In this document: positions 37,690-50,425 of the stretch, one piece after another | Layout of the letters: each line of letters begins with the position of its first letter | How positions within the stretch are numbered: position 1 is the stretch's first letter | NCBI GenBank assembly: GCA_977017645.1 | Contig: OZ360231.1 | Span: 47,554,001-47,618,000, forward strand | DNA from: Torpedo marmorata | Taxonomy: Eukaryota | Direction of reading: 5' to 3' | Length of the DNA stretch: 64,000 nt | The notes under the pieces: model-generated | Told to the model about the DNA's origin: nothing | What the model saw: the letters and a program-made list of their open reading frames with translations, nothing else | Database searches by the model: none | Translations under genes and position numbers: made by a program

Positions 37690-39170
37690 ATGAGCGCCCC
37701 CGTCTTAAAAAAGTTTTCCTTCAGAATATTAAAAAGAATGGAGACTTGGCGTTACCTAACTTTAGGTTCTATTACTGGGCAGCTAATATTAGATATGTTA
37801 TTTTTTGGATTCATCACAAAGAAAATCTAGGTGCTTCAAGATGGATTAATCTAGAAATTAAATCCACCAAAAAGCATTCTCTTCTTTCGATACTTGGAGC
37901 ACCTTTACCTTTTTTTGGCCTCCAAATTAACTAATAATTTTGTCGTAAGACATACATTGAGAATCTGGTTTCAATTTAGGAAACATTTTGGATACCATAG
38001 ATTCTTATTAATCAGTCCTATTTTAGGTAATTCCTTCTTTTTACCTTCGGTTCAAGATATCGGTTACCATCATTGGTCAAATTTAGGTATCCAATCCTTT
38101 TTAGATATCTTTACTGACCAAAATCTTGCCTCTTTTGAACAATTATCCACCAAATTTATAATACCTAGACATCACTTTTTTTGTTATTTACAGGTTAGGA
38201 GCTTTTTGAATTCTTTAATTTTGAAGCTCCCTGAAGACCTGGAACCTAATATGATAGGGATGGTTTATAATTTCAAACCTGATTATAAAGGGGTGGTATC
38301 TGGCCTTTATGAATTACTTCTAAATTCTAGGGATAGTTCCCTGGACAGAATTAAAAAACTATGGGAACAAGATTTTCAACAGCTATTTTCTGAAACTACA
38401 TGGGACTCTATTTTGAAGCGAGTGCATTCATCCTCTCTTTGTGCTCGACACTCATTATTACAATTTAAGGTAGTACACAGGGCCCACTATTCCAAAGTCC
38501 AATTGACTAAATTCTATTCTAATCTCTCATCTAAATGTAATAAATGTATAACTGAAGAAGGTACACTGTATCATATGTTCTGGTTGTGACCTTCTCTTTC
38601 CAATTTTTGGGAAGGGGTATTTCGTACCTCATCTTTAGTTCTTAATATTACTTTGACTCCAAATCCTTTTCTTGCTCTCTTTGGAATAAGTGGGCCAACA
38701 GGTTTGATATTGACTGCTTCCCTTATCGCTAGAAGGGCCATATTAATGAGATGGAAAGATGCTGTCCCTCCCATTCAGACTCAATGGTTGTCCGATATGA
38801 TGGCATGTTTGACTTTGGAAAAATATTAGATGTTCCACTACTGAAATGAATCTTAACTTTGTTTCTTTATGGGGTTCCTTTCTTAATTATTTTCAAAATT
38901 TGTAAGATTAATTAGTTTCTGGTATTTTACCCCATTGTTTACCGTTTTTTTTATTATTAGTAGTGGACTGTTTGTGTTAAGACAGTAGCCTCCAAAGGGA
39001 GGGTATAGATAATTAGATAATTAGTATAGTGTTTCTTTTACTTCTTTTCAATGTAACATAGGTTTCAATACCATTTTTACTACTATATAAGATTTGTTAA
39101 TATTTTATTTTATTGTCATGTACCTATGTAACATTTATTTGATGAAACCAATAAAAATATTGAAAAAGAA
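37690..39170 (+). mobile_element. 5'-truncated L1-clade LINE (ORF2 C-terminal part and 3' UTR)
   Basis: GDLALPNFRFYYWAAN..LLQFKVVHRAHYS..CNKC..GTLYHMFW (L1 C-terminal Zn-finger region), with frameshifts. Ends in aataaa and an A-rich tail. Confidence 0.88.
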
Positions 39171-39607
39171 GTTTGATGTGAATGACCATCGCTCTGAATT
39201 TTTATTCCTCAGGACCTTCGCAGCCACCTACAAGAGAAAAATTAGCATTGCCTGACGCAGTTGAAATCCAAGTGTCACCAGGGATGTCTGAGGAATGGAG
39301 CTAGCATGTAAACTGTAGCACCAATCCTCACAGCAGATATCTAAGCACTGAGAATTCTTTCATAGTTTTTCCAAGTTTGCAGAATGCCAACAATGAGGAC
39401 CTTGAAAAGACTTCAGGAGTTCATTGCAAGCTTGCAAAAGCATCAGACTCCCCACCCCTTCAAGCACTCATAGATTACCTAGCAGAATATTACTGTGAAT
39501 GCCCAATTCCAAAGATGATTTGCTGCTGCCTCCGACCTTATGTCAGAAAACCTACTGTCTTTCTCTGCTCATTTGTCTTCTGATTGATAAATTCAGCACG
39601 ATATGTA

Positions 39608-40700
39608 ATATTTCAGATTTATTGTCAGAGTACATACATGACATCACATACACCCTGAGATTCCTTTTTTCTGCTGGTGAGGCACAATTACCTCTTATTG
39701 GTAGTGCAAAAAAACTGTACACAGCATATACATGTAAACAAATAAAGAACTGTAAACAGATAACGAATATAAACAAACTGACAGCAATACAGAGAGAATT
39801 TAAAAAATCAATAAAGTGCACAAGTAAGAGTTCTTAAATGAGTCCCTAATTGAGTTTGTCGTTGAGGAGTCTGATGGTGGAGGGGTAGCAGCTGTTCGTG
39901 AATCTGGTGGTGCGAGTCTTGTGGCGCCTATACCTCTTTCCTGATGGCAGCAGCGAGAACAGGGCGTGTGCTGGGTGGTGTGGATCCTTTATGATTGCTG
40001 TTGCTCTCCGACGGCAGCGTTCCCTGTAGATGTTCTCAGTAGTGGGGAGGGTTTTGCCTGTGATGTCCTGGGCTATGTCCATTACCTTTTGCAGGGCTTT
40101 ACGCTCAGGGGAATTGGTGTCCCCATAATGCAGGAGGTCAGCACACTTCCTACCACACAACTGTAGAAATTTGCCAGGGTTTCTGGTGTCATACCAAACC
40201 TTTGCAAACTCCTGAGAAAGTAGGGGTGCTTTCTTCACGATGCCATCAGTGTGTTGGGTCCAGGAAAGATCCTCCGAGAGAGTGACTCCCAAGAATTTAA
40301 TTTGCTCATCCTCTCCATCTCTGATCCCCCAATGGTCACTGGATTGTATACCTCTGGCTTTCCCTTCCTGAAGTCAACAATCAGCTCCTTAGTTTTGGTG
40401 ACATTGAGTGCGATGTTGTTGTTGGTGCACCATTCAGCCAGGTTTTCAATTTCCCTCCTATATGCTGGCTCATCACCTTTATTTATACAACCCACTACCG
40501 TGATATCGTCAGCAAATTTGTAGATGGTGTTGTTGTCATACTGAGCCACACAGTCGTAGGTGTAAAGTAAGTAGGGCAGGGGGCTAAGAACACAGCCCTG
40601 TGGTGCTCCAGTACTGATGGAGATTGGGGAGGAGATGTTCTTACCAATCCTCACTGATTGTGGTCTGGAGGTGAGGAAATCCATGATCCAATTACACGGT
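39608..40700 (-). mobile_element. 5'-truncated Rex1 LINE
   Basis: [62 protein letters not shown], followed by the tail. Confidence 0.9.
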
Positions 40701-41123
40701 GGTGTACAACCATTATTTGCTGTACAACCATTATTTAAACTCCATTCAAGGCCAAGAAACAACTGAATATCAGAACGGACATATTTGTTGAAGTAAATCC
40801 TGCTTCATAATTGATGTTACAGTATTTGCTTTGATTGATGTAGAGATCATCTAAAAAGGCTTGCTCAATTTGGTTTGTTCAATGGCTGTGTTTATTAATG
40901 AGATTGATACTGTTGGTGCTCTCCAGCAACAGTGTTGGAATCAATTGTGATTGTTTTACATATTAATGCATTAAAGGTGCTACATGTGAACATTTTTGGA
41001 GTTCTTTTTAAAAAAACAGGCCCCACACACATTTACTGGTAGCTATGCAAAAAGTCATCAATGTTAATTCAGTGGAATGTAATACAACAGACTCTCTCTC
41101 TCTTCAGTGTGCTTGCCCTAAAC

Positions 41124-41497
41124 CAGTGGTTTTCAAACTGCCCCCCTAAACTCACATTCCACCTTAAGTAATCCCTATACCATAAATGCTCTGTGATTGG
41201 TAAGGGATTGCTGAAGGTGGTATGTGAGTGGGAAGGGAAGGTTGAGAACCACTGCTCTAGACCCAATTGTTACTGAAATATTTTGCTTGAGAAAAATTGT
41301 CATTGGCCCATTTCCTTTGAAGTTATGAAACCGTGCACACAACGAGTCAATTAGGCACGATTAAAACAGTGGTTTTCAAACTTTTTATTTCCACTCACAT
41401 ACCACCTTTAGCAATCCCTTACTAATCACAGAGCACTTATGGTATAGGGATTGCTTAAGGTGGAATGTGAGTTTAGGGGGCAGTTTGAAAACCACTG
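41124..41497. mobile_element. hAT MITE made of two inverted monomer units
   Basis: Termini CAGTGGTTTTCAAACTGCCCC.. and a perfect 8-bp TSD, ccctaaac (41116-41123 and 41498-41505). Confidence 0.9.
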
Positions 41498-42619
41498 CCC
41501 TAAACCTATTCATGCCAATGCAATTGGGATGAGGTGTTACAGCAAGTGAAAACGTCTAAGTGTGTTTTTAAATGCTCAGTGCTTAGCTTCCCTGATAACT
41601 AGGTGGTTAGTGATTAGATGTACGACAATACTGCATTGCTGTTGACCCACTAATGGGCTGATTGATATCAGGGTTGCTGTCCTTGAACATATCAAATAAC
41701 TGCAGGGGAGGGAGTTCCCTGTGTATACCAATGGCATCCTGGAGGTCTTGGTATTCTCTTAGCAGGGTCAAAGTAGTACAGATTGTCCTCTTTCACTTTT
41801 GCTGAGCATGATCTTTAGAATCCCTTCCCGACTAAAGTTCAAAGCATCCATTTCAGTAAGGAATGAGAAGTAGTTGTGGATGCAATGTTTTATTGGAAAG
41901 GGCAGCTTTTTCTAATGTGGGTTATGTGATGCCAATATAATGTGACTGCTGTCTATAATTCCTTGTTTCCCCTCTCTCTCTTTCCTTAACTGTTGGGGTT
42001 ATATTTGTTACTTTATAATCTGTGGGAACCATACTAGAATCTATAACATTCTGAAAGGTGACAACCAGTGCTTTCATCATCTCCAAGGCCACCTCCTTTA
42101 AATTCCAGCCACTTACTTCAGATTATGCCAATCAAAGCAGAGAATCCACTTCAAGATAAGAAAGTGAGGACTTTTCCCTCAGGCGGTTGATGGTGGGGAA
42201 TTAGGTAATGATGATGCCATTAAATGTCATGGGGAGGGTAGAGACTTTCTCTTGTTAGGAGTTGGTCATTGCCGAGCACACTGTCGTGTGAATGGGTTTA
42301 AAAAGTAGTGCAGTTGGCACTGTACAACGTCATTTTGGTTGACAAAGGACATTGTAGGTTTGATCAGGAAAAAGCATATGACAGGCAATTGAGTGAGCCC
42401 CTTGAAGAATATAGTTGCTGTAGGAGAGGACTTACAAATAAAATTAGGAGAGGAAAAAGGGCCATGAAAAATTCTCGGCAGGCAAGAAAAATTCTCGGCA
42501 GGCAGAAAATCCCAAGAATATCTGTAAGTAAATTAAGACAGGTAGCTCTGGATAGAGTGGTCTCCTCAGGGACCGGACCACAAGTGTAATCTATGTCTGG
42601 ACCCTGGGTAATGATGCGG

Positions 42620-43335
42620 CCTCTACTGCCTCATTGGACAGAAAATTCTATAGATTCACTTCTCTCTGGGAAAAGCAGTTCCTCCTCATCTCAGTCTCCT
42701 CCAAATCTTGCGGCATTGACTTCGAGTTCTAGTCTCACTGCCAGTGGGAACAACTTCCCTGCTTCTATTTTATCTACTCCTTTCATAATTTTGAATGCTT
42801 CTATAAGAACCCCTTCTTTCTAAACTCCAATGAGCATTGTCCCAGCCTGCTCAATCTCTCTTCATAAACTAATCCCCTCATTTCCAGAATCAACCCCCTC
42901 TGCACCTCCTCCAAAGCTAGCATATTTCTCAAATGAGTAGACGAGCATTGCCCGCAGTACTCCAGGTGCAGCCACATCAGTACCATGCACAGTTGCAACA
43001 GAACCTCCCTGGTCTAATTCAATCCCTCACGCAAAGATCAACAACATCTCAATTGCATTCTTGATTACCTGCTGCACCTGCAAACTAACTTTTGGGGATT
43101 AATGTACAAACACTCCCAGTACTCTCTGTACAACAACATGCTGCAATTTTCACCATTAAAGTCATAGTCCGATCTACTATTTTTCCTTTCAAAGAGGATG
43201 ACCTCACATTTACTGACATTGTACTCCATCTGCCAGTCCTTTGCCGCCTCACTTAACCTATCCATATCTCTCTGTGGACTCCGAGTCCTCTACACAATTT
43301 GCTTTTCCACTTAATTTCATTCCATCAGCAAACTT
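42620..43335 (-). mobile_element. Decayed CR1 LINE ORF2 3' portion
   Basis: DRLSEAAKDWQMEYNVSKCEVI and HLEYCGQC..LEEVQR..YEERLSRLG..SLE are CR1 RT C-terminal motifs. Confidence 0.85.
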
Positions 43336-43519
43336 ATCAGTTCTGCTGCCAAATTTGGGATTCTTTGTGCGAGGTGCAAGCCTTTCATTGTCCAGAGTGT
43401 TAAACTCCAGTATGGAAGCACCTGCATTATATGAGCATTAGTCACTGAGTTAGCCTGACTGCTCCTCTAGTGTGGATATCCGTGTATTCTATTCCTGCCT
43501 GCCAGGCAGTGAACAATTC

Positions 43520-44125
43520 CGGGGAAGCGGAGGACTGGAGCAGGGCACCAGAGAACGGGAAGATCACCCCCCCCCCCCCGTCTGAGAAGGAGAAGCGGAG
43601 GAGATGACCCACGGGACGGTGACCACGGCGGTGGACCGGTGAGGGGCTCTGAGGCTGAAGGACCAGTGCATGCGGCGGGCTGCTGGCGACTCGAGGCGAG
43701 GAACCCGCGGAGGCTGTGGGCTGCTGGAGACTGCTGTCGGGGGACTCACGCCGGGCTGCGGACTGCTGGAGGCTGGCTCGAACTGGCTGGAGGAGTACCA
43801 GGTATCGGAACCGGGATGCGGGGGGGTGCCGAGGGCGACCTGACCGTATTGGAGGTTTGGATCTGGAGCTCGGGTTGCCGATGGTTTGGACCGGACTCTG
43901 TGTGGCTGCGGAGGCTGCGGAAGCGCTGGAGGCGAATCTATGGACACTCGGTGACTCTGAGGGGACTCTCTTTTGCTTCTCTTTCTCTGACTGTAAGGAA
44001 TGTTAGAGGCACTTAGGCAATTTCTGCCAGTGGCGAATCTGTCTGCCTTGCAGCAGGCAAAAAGAAATTTCATGGAATATGACACTGTCTTATTACTATG
44101 ACAATAAATTGAATCTTGAATCTTG
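43520..44125 (+). mobile_element. GC-rich non-coding retroposon with a Rex1-like 3' tail
   Basis: A CpG-rich body is followed by tctgtctgccttgcagcaggcaaaaagaaatttc..tgacaataaa(ttgaatc)n. Confidence 0.6.
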
Positions 44126-45918
44126 CGTTACTTCAGGGTCTACCTCACTGGCATATTGCTTGCAAGCATGAGCACAAACACACCACAAGCTTCTCAAAAT
44201 GTGGGCAATGGGACATTTGCCACAAGTGTGCTCGCGTGTGATACATACTAAACTGAAAGCAAATTCATCCCTGAACAATGAGCTTCGAGGGCTGATTCTT
44301 GATGTCAACACAATATGATAAGAGAAAGGTCAATGCAGATCTTGCAGGAATAACAAAGGGTCTAATTGTAATGTATACAACCAATGCAAGTGTGTATTCA
44401 ATGTAGGGGGACAAAGAGGCACGAGGATAGATTAAACAACTAACACTCAGTATCTGTCAAGTATTCCTTTACTACCATAAAAGTGAAAGTGTAATTAGAG
44501 AGGAGAGGAAGCATGTAAAAGAATTGAAAGGCTCAAAACTGAGGATGAGCATCACATAGTAAACACTGAATGACTAATTCCTCTAATCAACCATAAGGGA
44601 AGACATTAACAGTCCAGCCTTCTCAAATGCCTACACCCATGATATAACTGAACTTATTATAAACAAAATCAAAACATTGGGCGAGGGAATTGCATAACTG
44701 ACCAAACATCTCTCATGAGATGTGATCTGGTTTGGTGTTGAAGGGTTGTGGACCAGTAAAGGTCTTCCAGGACAAGTTACTTCTGTCCTCTCCTCACATC
44801 TTTCAACATGCAGTGTCACTCAATATTAAACAATAAAGGATACTGTGATAAATATTTTACTCTTCCAACTCCACGCTAATTGGAACATCCCAATTGATAG
44901 ACCCTCTGACTGAACATACACTATCTTATTTATTAAGCAGTCATCAACTTCAAAGTACTTGAGTTATTTGATTCTGTTTATGGCCTGAAATTAGTTTCAT
45001 CTGCACACTTAAAAAGCTAGAAGTAAACATCTTAAAAGACACGGCATGGTTTTTTTTACACAAAATGACAAACAATAAATTGTTATCCAAGGATCTTTGC
45101 TCACACTAAAACAGGTATTTTAGTAAGTAATTATAATGGTGTGTTTTACGATATTTATAAAGATTGGAAAGATCAAAAACATATCCAGGCACGTTCATAA
45201 AACAATCCCAGTTAGGAAGTATATCTGTAGTACGACTTTTACTGTGAACAAATAAAATTGATAAAAAAACAGCTAAAACAGAACCTTAGGAATACATTCC
45301 ATGATGCAATGACCCAAGACCACTATTATTTCTAATAAAATGTATCTATACTATAGCTCCACAGTGGTCTAACATGTGCAATAGTTAACAGTGGGATGTC
45401 CAATGTACCAAGAATGACAAAGGGCAGTGTGGGAATAAAATTCTTGACAGTAGCCACTACACTGATGTAAAAGTCACCCTGTCATCCTCCTAAACACCTG
45501 TCAATCACTGGAACACAGTAACCACGACACCCTGCTGTAAAAAGGCAAGTACTCTGCTGGCTGCTGATCTTCATATAAAACCCTCACTGCAGGCGCACGG
45601 TGGACTGGCTACCTGGGAATGTGAGCGCGAGGGCAGACTTGTCCATTGGCCTCAACTTAAACAAACAACTGGTGAATGTTCCCTTAAAAGATGCAGTCTG
45701 GGCTCAATTCAATTGGATATTAGAACAATAGAATTAACATCCAATTTGTATCAATTCCCCTTAGGCCAGGGACAGTCATGTTGTCTTCCATCTATGCTGC
45801 TAAGAAACACAAAGCTGTTATTCTAACACTTCAGAAGGACAAAGCTATATTCTCCCACTTTTTCCTATTTAGGGATTACAATACCATCAGTTATTCAGCC
45901 AAAGCATGGCACATTTAC

Positions 45919-46103
45919 CTTCAAATGCTTGATTGACAATACCCTGGGAGATGTCACCATTCCTGCAGCCATCATTGTAGCGCACAAGAGCATTCTGACT
46001 GCCTTGGGGGCTGCTTTTCAGGTGTTCCAGGCAGTTTTCAATGTATTGGAATGATGTCCTCTTGTGGGGTTCACTTGTCCAACACTTGAGCATCAGCTGG
46101 TGG
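45919..46103 (-). CDS. ROS1-like: Penultimate exon of a ROS1-like receptor tyrosine kinase (end of kinase domain); functional status unknown
   Basis: Acceptor tttccttgtttctaaaacag (phase 2). Encodes HQLMLKCWTSEPHKRTSFQYIENCLEHLK..GIVNQAFE; compare human ROS1 WNLMTQCWAQEPDQRPTFHRIQDQL..GVINESFEG. Donor G|gtaaat, phase 1. Confidence 0.8.
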
Positions 46104-48444
46104 CTGTTTTAGAAACAAGGAAAGATGATTGCCATGGATAAGGAGAAAGCTAACTTCATCACTTAAAAGACCGTGCGTGGAATGTCAAACTTTATAATAG
46201 ATTTGACAGCTTTTCTCTGTTTTTTTCTGATAACCACAATAGGTTCTTTGACAGTTATAAAATAGACCTTTGTTTATTTCATTTAGCGCCGCTGAATACA
46301 TTTGTAAATGCTCTGCATTAGTCACATTCCAATAACTGTCACTCTCTTAGCCAAAGAATTTTATTTTAACATGCAAAAAGAAACAACTTATTCAATGCAT
46401 TTTAGATTTTTTAAATTTAAAAGGCCTTCAGGAAACAAGACTTGTGTTTTCTCCAAAATCTGCACAACACATTTCGCGATATACTGATAATAATCTAATT
46501 AAAATGTTAAAATTATGTTGAAAATATCATTTTACTCTTAACCTTTTTCCAAAAAAACGGATAAATATAAAATTTGCAATTATATCAATAAACATTCTAA
46601 CAGGAATAGTTTGCTTTTTTGCACATTATTTTAAATATTGAGACGGGCAACCTGATTTGAGATGGGAATGATTGACATTCTCTGTTATATAATTAGCCTT
46701 TATACAAGTGGTTAAGTGAATTCACTAATACTCAAACAGAGATTGCCCGTTGATATTAGCATACCACAGATCTTGGCAATTGACTGAATAAAATCCCATA
46801 ATAGTGCCCTGAAATGAAGTGTAACACAAATATTGAAGATAATGGAAACCAATCAGAACAGGTTCCCAATTTTAACACACTCAGAAAAATGACTTAAGCT
46901 AAAACAAATATTTGAAGTAGTAATTCGGTGCTGATTTTAATATAGCATAAGTGATACCTATGCCTGCATCAGCAAATGCATGCTTGTTAATGAGCAATCT
47001 ACTTTAAATAACCACCTTGTTGTTTCAGCAATTTAAATCAGCTGAATTACTCTCCAAATGCATAATTAGAATCAAAATTGTACAGAGGTATGGACTAAAC
47101 GTTGGGGCAGATTTTGATGGAAATTTTAAGCAATTCCATGCACAACAGCCGACATTTCCTGCACAAACTCCAGGAAATTTGGGATTTCTGCGCACGGTCT
47201 TACACAAATGCACAAAATCGTTGACAGTTGTTTGGAAATGCTTTCCAGATTATGTTTCGTTACTGGACTCCTTTAGGTGTTCAGCAGTAGAGCACAAAGT
47301 TGTGGCAATTTATCAGTATATATGGCTGCAAGGGATTAAAGTACATATCAATTCTTTACATTGTTTTATCGTTTATTTCAATGTTTTGTGTTTAAAGTAT
47401 TTCAACATGTTTCTGTGCTTTAATATTTTTATCTTAATTTTTTAAAATCGGTTATATATTTTATTTAGGAACAGTTTGCATTTCACTGGTTTTGGAATAT
47501 TTCTAACTGTTTCACTCAGGCAATAATATTCACATTTAGGCCAGATCTGACTAATAAATGCCCAGAGTTCCAACCAGAACTACTGATGCTTAATAGTTTA
47601 AATAGAAGTCTCGTGCTGAGCTCCAGTGTTCGTGCTGGGGAACTGCTTCTTCAATGCTGTGCCAGTTTGGAGCTGGTGCATGATCTTAACCCTGGTGACT
47701 TCAATGGGCACTGCAGCTCTGCGAGTACAGAACAAAGAGGAAAATATGTTTTTTTTAAATTCTTTTGGCTTAGTTTGATGTTTTTTGGGTGATTTTAGCT
47801 TTAATTATTTATTTAAGGAATTGAGATAATTTATCAAATGATCTCACTTTTCCATGCATTTTTGAGTTATCATGGCAAAGCTGGTGGAAGGGCTTTACCA
47901 TCTGCAAATACGTTCAGGAATGATTCAAAGGGCAGGGCATCTTCAGTGGTCAGAGGAAGGTCCTGTGAGGATAGGTCACCGGAATCCACGACACCTGGCC
48001 AGCGTGATGAACCCCTGCATCTGGAGCAGAGGAACAAAGGAGATGGGAGACCATGGGCCGTGATTTCAATTGGTATGTCCAGATCTGCCAGATTCCACCC
48101 TCAGCAGTTCAACAACTTTGGCAGCCAATGACTTTGGAAGTGTGATTCGGTTCACTATCAAAAAGCTTCTCAGCATTTAAAGGAACTGGGCCAATTATGG
48201 TCCACCACACATGATGTGCAATTGGCATTGCCACCATGCATGACTTCACTGAGTTTGAACTGGCTTTGTCCAGAAGGTTACCATTGGGAGCCTCACACAG
48301 GTACAGAGCTGTTATAACATGAAACATTTGGCAGGCAATAACAAATTAATATTTGTAGCTAAGAGCTGACATATTTCTCAAATGCGTCCTTCTCAATTTA
48401 GTAAATTTACATTGTTTGAGACAGCAAGAAAGAAGGAAATAGTT

Positions 48445-48705
48445 GGGGTTAAACAAGAAAATCTGCAGATGGTAGGCTCCAGTGCAATACACAAATATGC
48501 TGGAGAAACTCAGCAGGTCATGCAGCATCCATTGGAAGTAAAAAGGTAACCAACGTTTCATGCCCTTGGTCAGGAATTAGGTTTACCTATTTTTTTCTGA
48601 TTCGTGATGAAGGGTTCAGACCGGAAATTGTTGGTTAACCTTTTACTTTCTATGGAAGCTGCATGACCTGCTGAGTTTCTTCAGCACATTCGTATATTGC
48701 ACAAG
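48445..48705. mobile_element. Palindromic Penelope-like non-autonomous repeat
   Basis: gtgcaatac..tgctggagaaactcagcaggtcatgcagc is inverted relative to gctgcatgacctgctgagtttcttcagca..tattgcac. Internal tgatgaaggg..gaaa motif. Confidence 0.65.
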
Positions 48706-49599
48706 GTAATAGAAGGGTTTTGCTGATGAGTTAGATGAGAACGTGGATAGGAAAAGTTTAGAGGGATATGGACCAAAAACACACAAATGGGACTAATTGA
48801 GGTCAGAATGGACAAGTTGTGCTGTGCAGCCTATGTCTGAGCTGTATGACTCCATGAGTAAGGATGAGAGGATGTTACAGTAGAGAATAAACACCGGGTC
48901 TGATGGTTCAAGGCCATTTTGTGCTGTTCTTTTTTTTTCAATTCAATATAAACTGCTGCCAACAATTTCCAAAAATAAACAAGGGATGTTACAATATTTG
49001 TTTTGAAATATCCATACATCATACCAGTGTGCCATGACAAAACGCCAAGTGGTATATTTTTCATGTTACTCACTGAGATGCAGGATTATCACTGCACTCA
49101 TCAAACCCTACACACGAGATGCCTGTCCTTTGGTGGCTGATGATTTTGGAAGTATAGATATGTCAGATAGAGGAAGATTTTGAAAAGAGTCTACATTTTA
49201 TACCATTCCAAAATCTTTGTAAGCTTCAACCGTCTGTTTATAATTGGGCAGAACTTAAATTGGGGTACAAAATGAAATGTTTAAAGTAATAAGATACAAA
49301 TTCAACCATTCTAACTGAATATTCTGATAGTGAAAGAGATTATTATATTTGTATTTCAATTCAACGTGATTTTTATGCCAAAGTACTACCTATGAGAAGC
49401 TGTAGAAATAGTTTCATACTCAAACCAGACACAATGATAACACGAGAAATATCGTGATCTCATACTAAAGATCGAGCTACTCAATAAAAAGGTGTTACAA
49501 GTGAGAAGGCTGCTTTGCCCAAGTTTTCACTGATGAAGATTATTAATGTTATTCAACCTCTCCAGCTCAGATCGGTAGTAGACTCTTGAGTTGTTTTAG

Positions 49600-49890
49600 A
49601 TTAATTTCTTTATGCTGTTCTTCAATCCTCTCCCACAATCCAGTCTTTCCTTCACCGCTTGCTTTTATCTTTTAAAATTAATTAATCAATCTTTTCTTTT
49701 TTTTTCTCTTTTATTATTTTATTTTATTTTAATTTAGATTAGGGGGATATAGGGGCTAGGGAGGGGAGGGTGGGGAAGGGGGGGGAGAAAATGTAATCAC
49801 ATGTATTTTCTTTTTGAGAATTATACGTAAATTATTTTATGTAATGTGTGATTTAAAAATTTAAATAAAATATTAAAAAAAAAAAAAAAT
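49600..49890 (+). mobile_element. L1-like 3' end with poly(A)
   Basis: Same T-rich/G-rich/tcacatgtatt..aataaaatatt(A)n layout as 18048-18402. Confidence 0.65.
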
Positions 49891-50227
49891 TAATTTAATT
49901 TCCTTCTCTCTCATTCACTCCCCTTTTCTGTTCTGGAGATTTATTTGCCAAGATTCAAGACTATTAGTTCCATTGTTTTAAGTTTTTATTCCATATTATC
50001 TCACTGCAATTCACCTCTCATCTTTTGGCAGTGGAAGAATAATTAGAATTAAAGGGTACAGATAAAAATTCCGGGCAGGACAATCAGTCATATACAGTAA
50101 ATAGTGAGAGATGCTGGAAACATTCAGCAGGTCAATGAGCATTTATGGAGAAAGAATTCAACCTTCCGTGCATTCTGAAATATTTACTTTCTCTCTCTCT
50201 CTCTCCCTCAACAGATACAGCTTCTTT

Positions 50228-50425
50228 TCAGATTTCAGATTTATTGTCAGAGTACATACATGTCTCATGTGTCATACATACAACCCTGAGATTCCTTTTT
50301 CCTTCAGGCGCGGCAGAATTACCACTAATTGGTAGTGCAAAAAGTAAACTGTATACAGCGTAAACATGTAAACAAATAAAAGAACTGTAAACAGATAACG
50401 AATGTAAACAAACTGACTGTGCGTT
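50228..50425 (-). mobile_element. Rex1-type LINE 3' UTR/tail
   Basis: Matches the tail of the element at 39608. Confidence 0.85.

Noticed and set aside
40703-40736. Short direct duplication (tgtacaaccattattt x2) at a LINE 5' junction
   Set aside because: Consistent with ordinary junction repair; there is no evidence of function.
43564-44085. Overlapping 96-173 aa ORFs
   Set aside because: Expected in GC-rich repeat sequence; no recognisable protein motifs.
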